A stretch of DNA of 64,000 nucleotides. Origin: an uncultured Alphaproteobacteria bacterium. GTDB lineage: Bacteria > Pseudomonadota > Alphaproteobacteria > Acetobacterales > Acetobacteraceae. The notes beneath the pieces were generated by a model, which saw nothing but the letters and a program-made list of their open reading frames with translations, was not told where the DNA came from and ran no database searches. The stretch spans positions 73,981 to 137,980 of the forward strand of contig CAWCHV010000006.1 of assembly GCA_963795435.1 (NCBI GenBank). Direction: 5' to 3'. The stretch's first letter is position 1. The number at the start of each line of letters is the position of its first letter. Shown here one piece after another: positions 53,285-62,504 of this stretch. The translations under genes were made by a program, and so were the position numbers.

Positions 53285-54505
53285 ATGCGGGATGGCGATG
53301 AAGCGGGCGGGGTTTTCTCCGGCCTGAAGGTGATCGACTGCGCCAGCTTCGTCGCCGCTCCGGCGGCAGCCACCATCCTGTCGGATTTCGGCGCCGACGT
53401 GATCAAGGTGGAGCCGCCGGGCGCCGGCGACGCCTACCGCAATCTCGGCCGGCTGCCCGGAATGCCGGCGTGCGAACACGACTGGGCGTGGCTGCTGACC
53501 GGACGCAACAAGCGCAGCTTGGCGATGGACCTCAAATTGCCCGAGGCACAGGCGGCGTTGCACCGGCTCGTCGCGGGCGCTGATGTGTTCATCACCAACT
53601 ATCCCCTTCCGGTGCGGGCGCGGCTGGGCATCGATCACAAGACGCTCGCGGCGCTCAATCCGTGCCTGATCTATGGCTCGTTCACCGCCTATGGTGAGGT
53701 GGGCGACGAGGCGGAAAAGACCGGCTTTGATTCCACCGCCTACTGGGCGCGCTCTGGTCTGATGGATCTGGTGCGCGCGGATTCCAACGCCATGCCGGCG
53801 CGCTCCACGCCGGGCATGGGTGATCATCCGAGCGCGTCGTCGCTGTACGGCGCGATCGTTACCGCGCTCTACCGGCGAGAGCGGACGGGGCAGGGCGCCC
53901 ATGTCAGCACCTCGCTGTTGGCCAATGGACTGTGGGCGAATGGCTGTTTCGCGCAGGCCAAATTGTGCGGCGGCGTGTTCGTCGATCGGCCGCCCCGCGA
54001 GCACGCGGCGAACGCCTGCACGAACATGTATCGGTGCCGTGACGGCCGCTGGTTCATGCTGACCATGCTGAACGAGGAGCGGCAGTTTACGCCGCTGCTT
54101 GGTGCGCTGGAGCGGACCGACCTGCTTGACGATCCGCGCTTCGCCACGCTGCCGGCGCGGCGGCAGAACTCGCGCGCGTTGACCGCGATCTTCGACGAGG
54201 CGTTCGCCTCGCGCGATCTCGGCGAATGGCGCGTTCGGCTGGACCGGGCCGGCATCACCTTCGGCATCGTCGGCACGCTCGATGACATGCTGGACGATCC
54301 TCAGATGCGCACCATCGAGGCGCTTGTGCCGTTCGCGGATGACGATCTGCTCACCGTCAGCAGCGCATTCCAGATCGCCGGCGAGCGGAAGGTACAACCT
54401 CGACGCAGCCCGGAGATTGGCCAGCATAGCGACGAGGTGCTACGCGAGGCGGGCTACTCGCCGGACGAGATAGCCCGCTTGCGCGCGTTGAAGGTGCTTG
54501 CCTAG
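53285..54505 (+). CDS. family III CoA-transferase (CaiB/BaiF)
   Basis: ATG 53285. GLKVIDCASFVAAPAAATILSDFGADVIKVEPP and the active-site region GFDSTAYW. Confidence 0.85.
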   Translation: MRDGDEAGGVFSGLKVIDCASFVAAPAAATILSDFGADVIKVEPPGAGDAYRNLGRLPGMPACEHDWAWLLTGRNKRSLAMDLKLPEAQAALHRLVAGADVFITNYPLPVRARLGIDHKTLAALNPCLIYGSFTAYGEVGDEAEKTGFDSTAYWARSGLMDLVRADSNAMPARSTPGMGDHPSASSLYGAIVTALYRRERTGQGAHVSTSLLANGLWANGCFAQAKLCGGVFVDRPPREHAANACTNMYRCRDGRWFMLTMLNEERQFTPLLGALERTDLLDDPRFATLPARRQNSRALTAIFDEAFASRDLGEWRVRLDRAGITFGIVGTLDDMLDDPQMRTIEALVPFADDDLLTVSSAFQIAGERKVQPRRSPEIGQHSDEVLREAGYSPDEIARLRALKVLA

Positions 54506-54518
54506 CTGGCGACCGAAA

Positions 54519-54980
54519 TCAGCCAATCGGGTCCAGGACCACGACGGGGATCTCCCGGTCGGTCTTCTTCTGGTAGTCGGCGTAGGGCGGCCAGAACTCC
54601 AGCCCCTTCTTCCACAAGCGAGCACGCTCCTCGCCCGTGGCGGTCCTGGCTTTCGCCTTGAGCTTTTTAGTCCCGACCTGAACCTCGACCTCGGGGTGGG
54701 CAAGGAGATTTCGATACCAACCGGGGTGCTCGGGCGCGCCGCCCTTCGACGCGACGATGATGTAGCTGTTTCCCGTCTCGCCATAAAACAGCGGGAAGGT
54801 GAATCTCTCGCCCGACTTCCGGCCGGTCGTGGTCAGCAGCAGCGACGGAACCCTCATCTCCGGGTAGCCCGGTGGGGTCACGGTGTACACGTGCCCCTCT
54901 TTGCCGCCGCTCGAGATGTACTGGTTCGCGTGGTCGATCATCCATTTGGGAAGGTTCGGCGCGAGCCTCGCTTCAGCCAT
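54519..54980 (-). CDS. deazaflavin (F420)-dependent nitroreductase (DDN/PF04075-type) family protein
   Basis: TTGRKSGERFTFPLFY...IIVASKGGAPEHPGWYRNLLAHPEVEV matches the DDN-family signature as I know it. Confidence 0.75.
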   Translation of the reverse strand: MAEARLAPNLPKWMIDHANQYISSGGKEGHVYTVTPPGYPEMRVPSLLLTTTGRKSGERFTFPLFYGETGNSYIIVASKGGAPEHPGWYRNLLAHPEVEVQVGTKKLKAKARTATGEERARLWKKGLEFWPPYADYQKKTDREIPVVVLDPIG

Positions 54981-55010
54981 CGTTGAACTCCTTCTGAGTG
55001 AAAGAAAGCC

Positions 55011-56066
55011 TCACCCGCAAGCCAGCGCGTAGACTTGCTTGACCTGCTCGGGCAACGGAAACTCCGTCCAGCTCTCGCCGCCGTCCTGGGTGCCGAACAC
55101 CTGGCCGTTGCGGGCAACGGTGTAGATCTGCTTGGCGTCACGCGGATGCAGTGCCACCGCCATCAACGTGCTGCGCGGGTCGGTCCCTTCGTCCACCCGC
55201 TTCCAGCTCTGCCCCACGTCGTCGCTGCGATAGAGCGAGCCGAAGCTGCTGTTGGCGGCGACGCTCAGGCAGGAGTAGAGCACGCGCGGGTTCTGCGGCG
55301 AGACGCGGATGTCGCGACCGTAGGTGACGGGAGAAAACCGGCCGACCTCCATGTCCTGCCAGCTTTTCCCTTGGTCATCGCTACGGAACAGGCCCATCCG
55401 TACCGCGAGGAACACGGTGTCGGGTTCAGCCGGCGTCATCGTCATGGCGTGGCCGTCCAACATGCCCTCGGTCTCGGTGTCGCTGACGATGCGGCTTCTC
55501 AGGTGAGGCCGGTCGGCGAGCTTCACGAGGTCGGCGCTACAATCCTGCCAGCTCTCGCCGTGATCCTGCGAGCGCATCACGCCGTTGACTTCGAGGGTGG
55601 CATAAATCTCGTCATCCTTGGTCGGGTGCGGCGCGAAGCGCATCACGCGGCAGGCGAACGGCATCTTCACGCGATTGGGCAGCGCCGGATCGGCCATGCG
55701 CCGCCAGTTGTCGCCGTTGTCGTCGCTGCGATACACCGCGACGGGAGAGCCGCCGGCGAATAGCGTCCTTGGCTGCTTCGGATGGGCGGTGATCGACCAG
55801 ATCGCCATGTCGCGGTCTGGAAAGCCGAGCCGTTCCCAGTTCTCGCCGTGGTTGGTGCTACGATACGGACCATCGGCGGTGCCGGCGTAGACGACGCTGG
55901 GATCATTGGGATCGATCGTGATTGCCTGCACGTCGACGTCCGGCAGACCGTTGGTGAGGCGCTCCCACCGGTTGTCGCCGGCCTCGCAACGATACACGCC
56001 GCCGATGCCGCCGTCCTTGGTGCTCCACGCGCCTGCATAGATGTGCGTCGATCCTGAACCGGTCAT
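55011..56066 (-). CDS. BNR/Asp-box repeat beta-propeller protein
   Basis: Six SxDxGxxW-type boxes (STNHGENW, SDDNGDNW, SQDHGESW, SDDQGKSW, SDDVGQSW, TQDGGESW). No signal peptide. Confidence 0.8.
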   Translation of the reverse strand: MTGSGSTHIYAGAWSTKDGGIGGVYRCEAGDNRWERLTNGLPDVDVQAITIDPNDPSVVYAGTADGPYRSTNHGENWERLGFPDRDMAIWSITAHPKQPRTLFAGGSPVAVYRSDDNGDNWRRMADPALPNRVKMPFACRVMRFAPHPTKDDEIYATLEVNGVMRSQDHGESWQDCSADLVKLADRPHLRSRIVSDTETEGMLDGHAMTMTPAEPDTVFLAVRMGLFRSDDQGKSWQDMEVGRFSPVTYGRDIRVSPQNPRVLYSCLSVAANSSFGSLYRSDDVGQSWKRVDEGTDPRSTLMAVALHPRDAKQIYTVARNGQVFGTQDGGESWTEFPLPEQVKQVYALACG

Positions 56067-56177
56067 GCGTCTCTCCTCCCCAGAAGCTTCGCGTCTCGAT
56101 CACGCTAGCACCTCTCGGCCAAGCTCGATACACAGCCGCCGGACGCAATCTCGCGTTGGTTAGGGGAGGGAATTCGG

Positions 56178-56480
56178 ATGATACGGCTAGTGGCAACGCT
56201 GGTTCCGATGGTGATGATCGCGCACTGGGCCGCCGCGCAGCCGCCGCCACCCATGCCCTATCCGGGCGTGCCAGCGCCGAGGTACGAAACCGTGCCGCCG
56301 CCGCCGGGATCGCGCTATGTTTGGGAGCCGGGCCACTGGCACTGGAACGGAGCGGCATATGCCTGGATCCCCGGGCGCTACGTGGTACGCCGCCCGCACT
56401 ACGCGCATTATGTCCCGGGTCACTGGCGCTGGGCACCTCACCGGGGCGCCTGGGTGTGGGAGCCCTCGCACTGGCAATGA
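56178..56480 (+). CDS. secreted WxxGxW/YxWxxG repeat protein
   Basis: GGGGAGGG Shine-Dalgarno sequence. Signal peptide ends WAAAQP. Repeats YVWEPGHWHW, YAWIPGRY, YVPGHWRW and WVWEPSHW. Confidence 0.7.
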   Translation: MIRLVATLVPMVMIAHWAAAQPPPPMPYPGVPAPRYETVPPPPGSRYVWEPGHWHWNGAAYAWIPGRYVVRRPHYAHYVPGHWRWAPHRGAWVWEPSHWQ

Positions 56481-56484
56481 GGGC

Positions 56485-57255
56485 TCAGCGCAGTTCCGCC
56501 AGCACCGGCACATGATCCGAGGGCTGGTCCACGCCGCGCTCGTGCCGGTCGGGCTCGGCGGTGACCAGCCGTTCGGCGAGCGTGGGCGAGAGCAGCACGT
56601 GGTCGATCCTCAGCCCCGCGTTCCGCCGCCACGCGCCGGCCTGGTAGTCCCAGAACGTGTACGCCCGCCCGGTGGGCTGCAACGCCCGGATCGCGTCGGT
56701 CAGGCCAAGCCAGATGAGACGGCGAAACCGCGCCCGGCTCTCCGGACGCACGAGCGCGTCGGTCGTGGGCAGGGTGCCCGGCGCGAAATCCTCGTCGGTC
56801 GGGCAGACGTTGAAATCTCCGGCGATCAAGGCCGGCGTGTCGGCATCCAGCAGTGCCGCGGCACGCTCGGCCAGGCAGTCCATCCAGGCGAGCTTGTAGG
56901 CGAACCCTGCCTCGCCGCCGGAATTGCCGTTCGGGAGATAGATGTTGATGATGGTCGCGCCGCCGGCCTCGATCTCGACATAGCGAGCCTGCGCGTCATC
57001 CTCGGGCAAGCCGGGGAGGGCGTGATGATGGACCACGAACGGCACCCGGGACAGCACGGCGACACCGTTATAGGCCTTCTGTCCGACCGCGGCGGTCTCG
57101 TAGCCGAGGGCACGAAACGTCTCGGCCGGGAAATTGGCCGCCTCGCATTTGATCTCCTGCAGCAGCAGCAGATCCGGCTGCACGCGCTCCAGCCACGTCC
57201 GGACGTGCCGCTCGCGCTGGCGGATCGAGTTGACGTTCCAGGTGGCGAGCCGCAC
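56485..57255 (-). CDS. xthA: exodeoxyribonuclease III
   Basis: MRLATWNVNSIR..., LQEIK, and C-terminal DHVLLS...SDHVPV. Confidence 0.9.
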   Translation of the reverse strand: MRLATWNVNSIRQRERHVRTWLERVQPDLLLLQEIKCEAANFPAETFRALGYETAAVGQKAYNGVAVLSRVPFVVHHHALPGLPEDDAQARYVEIEAGGATIINIYLPNGNSGGEAGFAYKLAWMDCLAERAAALLDADTPALIAGDFNVCPTDEDFAPGTLPTTDALVRPESRARFRRLIWLGLTDAIRALQPTGRAYTFWDYQAGAWRRNAGLRIDHVLLSPTLAERLVTAEPDRHERGVDQPSDHVPVLAELR

Positions 57256-57274
57256 GGAGGGTCAGTTGTCCCGG

Positions 57275-57619
57275 TCAATCAATCGAGAAGCTGGTCCCGC
57301 AGCCGCAGGCGGATTTGGCGTTGGGGTTGCGGATCGCGAAATAGCTGCCCATCAGTTCGTCGGCGAAGTCGAGTTCGCCGCCGGCCAGGAGATCGAGGCT
57401 GGCTGGGTCGACCAGCACGGTCGCCTCGCCATGCTGGATCACCAGATCGTCGGGCTGAGGTGCCTGGTCCAGCTCGAAGCGATACTGAAACCCGCTGCAC
57501 CCACCGGCGAGCACCTGCACGCGCAACGCGGCCGGGCGGCCCTCGGCGGCGACAATCTCCGTGATCCGCGTGGCGGCGCGGTCTGTAATCCCGAAGCCTG
57601 AGGCTGTCATGCCGTCCAT
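57275..57619 (-). CDS. erpA: iron-sulfur cluster insertion protein (HesB/IscA/ErpA family)
   Basis: GGCSGFQY and C-terminal CGCGTSF motifs. The start is ATG 57619 or ATG 57610. Confidence 0.85.
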   Translation of the reverse strand: MDGMTASGFGITDRAATRITEIVAAEGRPAALRVQVLAGGCSGFQYRFELDQAPQPDDLVIQHGEATVLVDPASLDLLAGGELDFADELMGSYFAIRNPNAKSACGCGTSFSID

Positions 57620-57746
57620 TGCCGCAAGATAGCGTGGCAGGGCACGAATTTGAAGATGGCTCCCGGGGGCTCGTCGACTTGGTCGCTCGCGCCGTGAGGG
57701 TTGCCCGCATTGAAGCGCCGCCCGGCGCGGTGTAAGCCGCCCGGCC

Positions 57747-58895
57747 ATGACCCGCGCCCCGTTCGCCGTGCGAGAGGAGACTTGCCGGGGCCGGCTTCAC
57801 CCGGAGCCGGAGAGCGACACGCGCTCGCCCTGGCAGCGCGACCGCGACCGCATCATCCACAGTTCGGCCTTTCGCAAGCTGCAGTACAAGACCCAGGTCT
57901 TCGTCAACCACGAGGGCGACTTCTTCCGTACCCGGTTGACCCACAGCATCGAGGTGGCGCAGATCGCTCGCTCCATCGCCCGCGCGCTCCATCTCGACGA
58001 GGATCTGACCGAGGCCCTGGCGCTGGCGCATGACCTCGGCCATCCGCCGTTCGGCCATGCCGGGGAGGAGGCGCTGAACGCGGCGATGAAGCCGTTCGGC
58101 GGCTTTGACCACAACGCCCAGAGCCTGCGCCTGGTCACGTTGCTCGAGAGCCGCTACGCCGCGTTCGATGGCCTCAATCTGACCTGGGAGGCGCTGGAGG
58201 GCCTGGCCAAGCACAACGGCCCGCTGCATCGCCCGCCGGGGTACATCGCGGAATACGACCACAAGCACAAGCTCGACCTCGGCACCCACGCGGGCGCGGA
58301 GGCGCAGGTCGCGTCGCTCGCGGACGATATCGCCTATCACAGCCACGATCTCGACGATGGGTTGCGCGCCGGGCTGTTCACGACGCAGGATCTGTCGCAT
58401 CTGCCGGTGGTCGGCGAGGCGCTGGCGGCGGCGCGGATCGCCAGCCTCGACGTCCCGCCAACGCGGTTGCGGCACGAAACCATCCGGCGCGTGATCGACG
58501 GGATGGTGAACGACCTGCTCGCCGAGACGCGGCGGCGCCTGACCAAACTCGATCCGGCTGACGCTGCCGCGATCCGCCGCTCGCGGCAGCCGGTGGTCGC
58601 GTTCGGTCCGTCGATGGCGGAGGCCAACCGTGTCATCAAGGATTTTCTCATGGCGCGTATGTATCGTCATTGGCGGGTCAATCGCATGACGCGCAAGGCG
58701 CGGCTGCTGACGGAGGATTTGTTCCGCGTGCTGCACGCCGATCCCGGTCTGCTGCCGGATGACTGGCGCGCGCGCGCCGGCGAGGCGGGGACGCCGCGCG
58801 CCGCCGCCACGGTCTGCGACTACATCGCCGGCATGACGGATCGCTACGCGATGGACGAGCACCGTCGATTGACCGATCTGGCAACCGCCGGCTGA
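57747..58895 (+). CDS. dgt: dGTP triphosphohydrolase-like HD-domain protein
   Basis: RDRDRIIHSSAFRKLQYKTQVF, TRLTHSIEV and HDLGHPPFGH. Confidence 0.9.
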   Translation: MTRAPFAVREETCRGRLHPEPESDTRSPWQRDRDRIIHSSAFRKLQYKTQVFVNHEGDFFRTRLTHSIEVAQIARSIARALHLDEDLTEALALAHDLGHPPFGHAGEEALNAAMKPFGGFDHNAQSLRLVTLLESRYAAFDGLNLTWEALEGLAKHNGPLHRPPGYIAEYDHKHKLDLGTHAGAEAQVASLADDIAYHSHDLDDGLRAGLFTTQDLSHLPVVGEALAAARIASLDVPPTRLRHETIRRVIDGMVNDLLAETRRRLTKLDPADAAAIRRSRQPVVAFGPSMAEANRVIKDFLMARMYRHWRVNRMTRKARLLTEDLFRVLHADPGLLPDDWRARAGEAGTPRAAATVCDYIAGMTDRYAMDEHRRLTDLATAG

Positions 58896-58906
58896 GGAAC
58901 GGCACA

Positions 58907-60688
58907 ATGAGCAACGATCTGTTCGCGCGGATGCGCGGTCACGTACTGAAAGCGATCGAGGAAATTCCTTTATCTCCTGAGATCAAGGATCGCATCAATG
59001 TCGGTCCAACTCGGGACATTGCTCACGGGGACATGACAACGAACGCCGCGATGGTTGTCGCCACCTTCGCGCGGAAGCCGCCTGCCGCGATCGCAAAACA
59101 GATTGTCGAATTCCTCGCCCACCTTTCGGATGTTGCTAGTGCCGAGGTGGCGGGTAAGGGCTTCGTCAACATTCGCCTGCGCCCGGCGGCGTTGCGCGGC
59201 ATGTTGCCGGTGATCTTGCGCGCCGGCGAGACGTATGGCGACAGCCGTGCCGGCAACGGGCTGCGGGTTAACGTGGAATACGTCTCCGCCAACCCGACGG
59301 GGCCGATGCATATCGGTCATTGTCGTGGCGCAGTCGTGGGCGACGCCCTTGCTAACTTGCTCGGCAAGGCCGGCTACGACGTGACGAAGGAGTACTACAT
59401 CAACGACGCCGGCGCCCAGGTGACGGCGCTCGCATGGGCGGCGTACTGGCGATATCTGCAGGCTATCGGCACCCCGCTCGACGAGAGGACGTTCGCCGAC
59501 GAAGTACCGGGTGGGCTGCAATATGGCGGCGAGTATCTGGTTCCCGTCGGCGAACGGCTCGCGGCGGAATACGGCGCAACCCTCGCTTCGCCCGATCTCG
59601 GCATCGCGGCACCCGATGCATGGATCGACACGGTTCGCGACTTCACCATCGCCGCGATGATGCAATCGGTGCGCGACGATCTGGGTCTGCTTGGGGTAGC
59701 GCAGGACGTGTTTATCTCCGAGCGCGCGCTGGTGCGCGAGGGCGCGGTCGACGCGGCGATCGAGCGGCTGAGCGGCGACGGGCTCGTCTATCGCGGTGTG
59801 CTGGAGCCGCCAAAAGGCAAGACGCCGGATGATTGGGAGCCGCGCGAGCAGTTGCTGTTCCGCTCCACGCAATTCGGCGACGACGTGGACCGACCGCTTC
59901 GCAAGAGCGATGGCTCGAACACTTACTTCGCCAACGATATCGCCTATCACGCCGACAAGATCCGACGCGGCTTCCCGCTGCTGATCGACGTGTGGGGCGC
60001 CGATCACGGCGGCTACGTGCCGCGCATGAAGGCGGCGGTACAGGCGGTCTCCGCCGGGGCCGCGGCTCTGGAGGTCGTGCTGTGCCAGATCGTGCACGTG
60101 CTGCGCGGCGGCCAGCCTGTGCGGATGTCGAAGCGTGCCGGCAGTTTTGTCACCCTGCGCGACCTAATCGACGAGGTCGGGCCAGGCACCGTGCGGTTCA
60201 CCATGCTCACCCGCAAGGCCGACGCGCAGATGGAGTTCGATCTCGAGGCCGCGGTGGCTCAGACGCGGGACAACCCGGTATTCTACGTCCAGTACGCCCA
60301 CGCCCGATGCCGCTCGGTGCTGCGGGCCGCGGGCGAGATGTTCGGTGCGGACGTGGTGGCTGACGCGGCGCTTGCGGATGTGGCGCTGGACGGCCTGGAG
60401 GCGGAGCCGGAAATGGCGGTGATCCGTCGCCTGGTGGCTTGGCCTCGCGCCGTGGAGGCTGCCGCGCTGGCGCGCGAGCCGCACAGGATTGCGTTTTTCC
60501 TCTATGACTTGGCGGGTGATTTTCATATGCTGTGGAACCGGGGCAAGGACAATTCGACGCTTCGCTTCCTCCAGGCGGACCGGCCGGCCGAGACGCTGGC
60601 CCGGCTCGCGCTAGTGGCGGCGGTGGCCGTCGTTATCCGCTCCGGCCTGGCCGTGATGGGGGTCGAGCCCGTCGAGGAAATGCGCTGA
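58907..60688 (+). CDS. argS: arginine--tRNA ligase
   Basis: Class I HIGH variant (SANPTGPMHIGH), MSKRAG (KMSKS-like), and a C-terminal anticodon-binding domain. Confidence 0.95.
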   Translation: MSNDLFARMRGHVLKAIEEIPLSPEIKDRINVGPTRDIAHGDMTTNAAMVVATFARKPPAAIAKQIVEFLAHLSDVASAEVAGKGFVNIRLRPAALRGMLPVILRAGETYGDSRAGNGLRVNVEYVSANPTGPMHIGHCRGAVVGDALANLLGKAGYDVTKEYYINDAGAQVTALAWAAYWRYLQAIGTPLDERTFADEVPGGLQYGGEYLVPVGERLAAEYGATLASPDLGIAAPDAWIDTVRDFTIAAMMQSVRDDLGLLGVAQDVFISERALVREGAVDAAIERLSGDGLVYRGVLEPPKGKTPDDWEPREQLLFRSTQFGDDVDRPLRKSDGSNTYFANDIAYHADKIRRGFPLLIDVWGADHGGYVPRMKAAVQAVSAGAAALEVVLCQIVHVLRGGQPVRMSKRAGSFVTLRDLIDEVGPGTVRFTMLTRKADAQMEFDLEAAVAQTRDNPVFYVQYAHARCRSVLRAAGEMFGADVVADAALADVALDGLEAEPEMAVIRRLVAWPRAVEAAALAREPHRIAFFLYDLAGDFHMLWNRGKDNSTLRFLQADRPAETLARLALVAAVAVVIRSGLAVMGVEPVEEMR

Positions 60689-60742
60689 GCGGCGCCGGTC
60701 TCGCGGGAATCGCGTGGGCGCCGCGAGGCCGAGCGAGGGTGC

Positions 60743-61489
60743 GTGTCTGAAAATCTGGAAACGCCTGGGCCCACCTACCGCATCGCCCGCCGTCGCGGGA
60801 TGGATCAGGGCACGAAGCGTCTGGCCATCATCGCCGGCGGGCTCGGCGGAGCATTGCTGCTGATCGTCGGCGTGTGGACCGCGTCGGGACACCACGGCGG
60901 CGCGGTGCCGGTCATCGAAGCGGACGCCCGGCCGATGCGGGTCAAGCCGGACAATCCCGGCGGCCTGCAGGTGGCCGGGGCCAATGACGAGATCCTGTCG
61001 GGCGAAGCCGGGATACAGGCCGATAAGCTGTTGCCGCCACCCGAGGCACCGGCTCCTCAAGCGCTCAGGGAGGAGAAGGCCGCCGTACCGGCCGTGACGA
61101 CCGCCGCGCCGCCGCCGGCGCAGACGGTTTCGCTCCCGGCCACGGCGGCGCCGGCCGCCACCGTACCCGAGCAGAAGCCGACAGCCGTGCCGGAACACAA
61201 GCAGGCGGCCGCGCCCAAGCCCGCGGCCACGACGCCGACCGGCAAGTCCACACAAGTTCAACTCGCCGCGTTCGATAACGAGCAGGCGGCCTTGACCGAG
61301 TGGCAGAGGCTCTCGAAACGGATGCCGGACATCCTCAACGGCCGTCAGCCAGCGGTGCTGAAGGCGGAGCGGGACGGTCGCGCGATCTGGCGGCTGCGCA
61401 CCGGCGGGTTCAGCGACACCGCCCAGGCCACCGCGTTCTGCGAGCGCGTGCGTGCCAAGGGCGCCGGCTGCTCCATCGCCAGCTTCTGA
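60743..61489 (+). CDS. SPOR-domain membrane protein
   Basis: One TM segment (LAIIAGGLGGALLLIVGVW), a Pro/Ala linker, and a C-terminal SPOR-like VQLAAFDNEQAA...WRLRTGGF. The start (GTG 60743) is uncertain. Confidence 0.75.
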   Translation: MSENLETPGPTYRIARRRGMDQGTKRLAIIAGGLGGALLLIVGVWTASGHHGGAVPVIEADARPMRVKPDNPGGLQVAGANDEILSGEAGIQADKLLPPPEAPAPQALREEKAAVPAVTTAAPPPAQTVSLPATAAPAATVPEQKPTAVPEHKQAAAPKPAATTPTGKSTQVQLAAFDNEQAALTEWQRLSKRMPDILNGRQPAVLKAERDGRAIWRLRTGGFSDTAQATAFCERVRAKGAGCSIASF

Positions 61490-61493
61490 ACCG

Positions 61494-62504
61494 ATGCGGG
61501 CGGCGATCGTCGGCATCGCCGGTCCGCGACTGGGTGAGACCGAGGCGGCGTTGTTCCGCGCCTTCCCGCCGACTGGGGTCATCCTGTTCGCGCGCAATGT
61601 CGGGAACCCCGCCCAGCTTCGGTTGCTGGTCTCCGCGCTGCGCGACGTGCTGCCGGCTGCGGCGGTGCTGCTGGTGGATCAGGAGGGTGGCCGGGTTGCC
61701 CGGCTGAGGCCGCCGCACTGGCGTGCGCATCCGCCAGCCGGGGTCATCGGCCAGCTGTTCGAGGCGGACGCCAGGGCCGGGCTGCGCGCCGCCTGGATCA
61801 CCGGCGCGCTGATCGGGGCCGATTGCGCGAGCGCCGGCTTCGACGTGACCTGCGCCCCGGTGCTCGACCTACGGCGGGAGGGCGCGCATGAGGTGGTGGG
61901 GGATCGGGCGTTCGGTGCGGTACCCTTGGCGGTCGCCCGGCTCGGCCGCGCTTTCGCTGCTGGGCTTCTGGGGGCCGGTATCCAGCCGGTCGGCAAGCAT
62001 GCGCCCGGGCATGGCCGGGCCCAGGTCGATAGCCACCTGGCTCTGCCGATGGTCGATGCGAACGATCTCGCCCCCGATCTGCTGCCATTCGCCTTGAACG
62101 CCGACCTCCCTTGGGCAATGACGGCGCATATCCTTTATAAGGGATGGGATGCCGCGCGCCCGGCAACGCTCTCACCCGTCGTGATCGGGGAGGTCATCCG
62201 GCGCCGGATCGGTTTCGAGGGAGTGCTGGTGACTGACGATCTGGCGATGCGCGCCCTATCCGGCGCGCCGGACGAACTGGCCCGCTCGGCGTTGCTCGCG
62301 GGCTGCGACATCGCGTTGTATTGCGCCGGCGATTTCGAGTCGACCGCCGCGATCCTGCGGAGCTGCCCTGTGTTGACGCCATCGGCTGCCGACCGACTTG
62401 CGTCGGCGCGCGCGACGGCCGCCCGGCAGCGTCGCGCGCTTGATCCCGATGCCCTGGCGGCGGAGAGGGACCGGCTCCTCCGGGGCGAGTCCGCGGCCGC
62501 GTGA
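61494..62504 (+). CDS. nagZ: beta-N-acetylhexosaminidase
   Basis: ATG 61494. VDQEGGRV, KHAPGHG and LVTDDL motifs. Confidence 0.9.
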   Translation: MRAAIVGIAGPRLGETEAALFRAFPPTGVILFARNVGNPAQLRLLVSALRDVLPAAAVLLVDQEGGRVARLRPPHWRAHPPAGVIGQLFEADARAGLRAAWITGALIGADCASAGFDVTCAPVLDLRREGAHEVVGDRAFGAVPLAVARLGRAFAAGLLGAGIQPVGKHAPGHGRAQVDSHLALPMVDANDLAPDLLPFALNADLPWAMTAHILYKGWDAARPATLSPVVIGEVIRRRIGFEGVLVTDDLAMRALSGAPDELARSALLAGCDIALYCAGDFESTAAILRSCPVLTPSAADRLASARATAARQRRALDPDALAAERDRLLRGESAAA

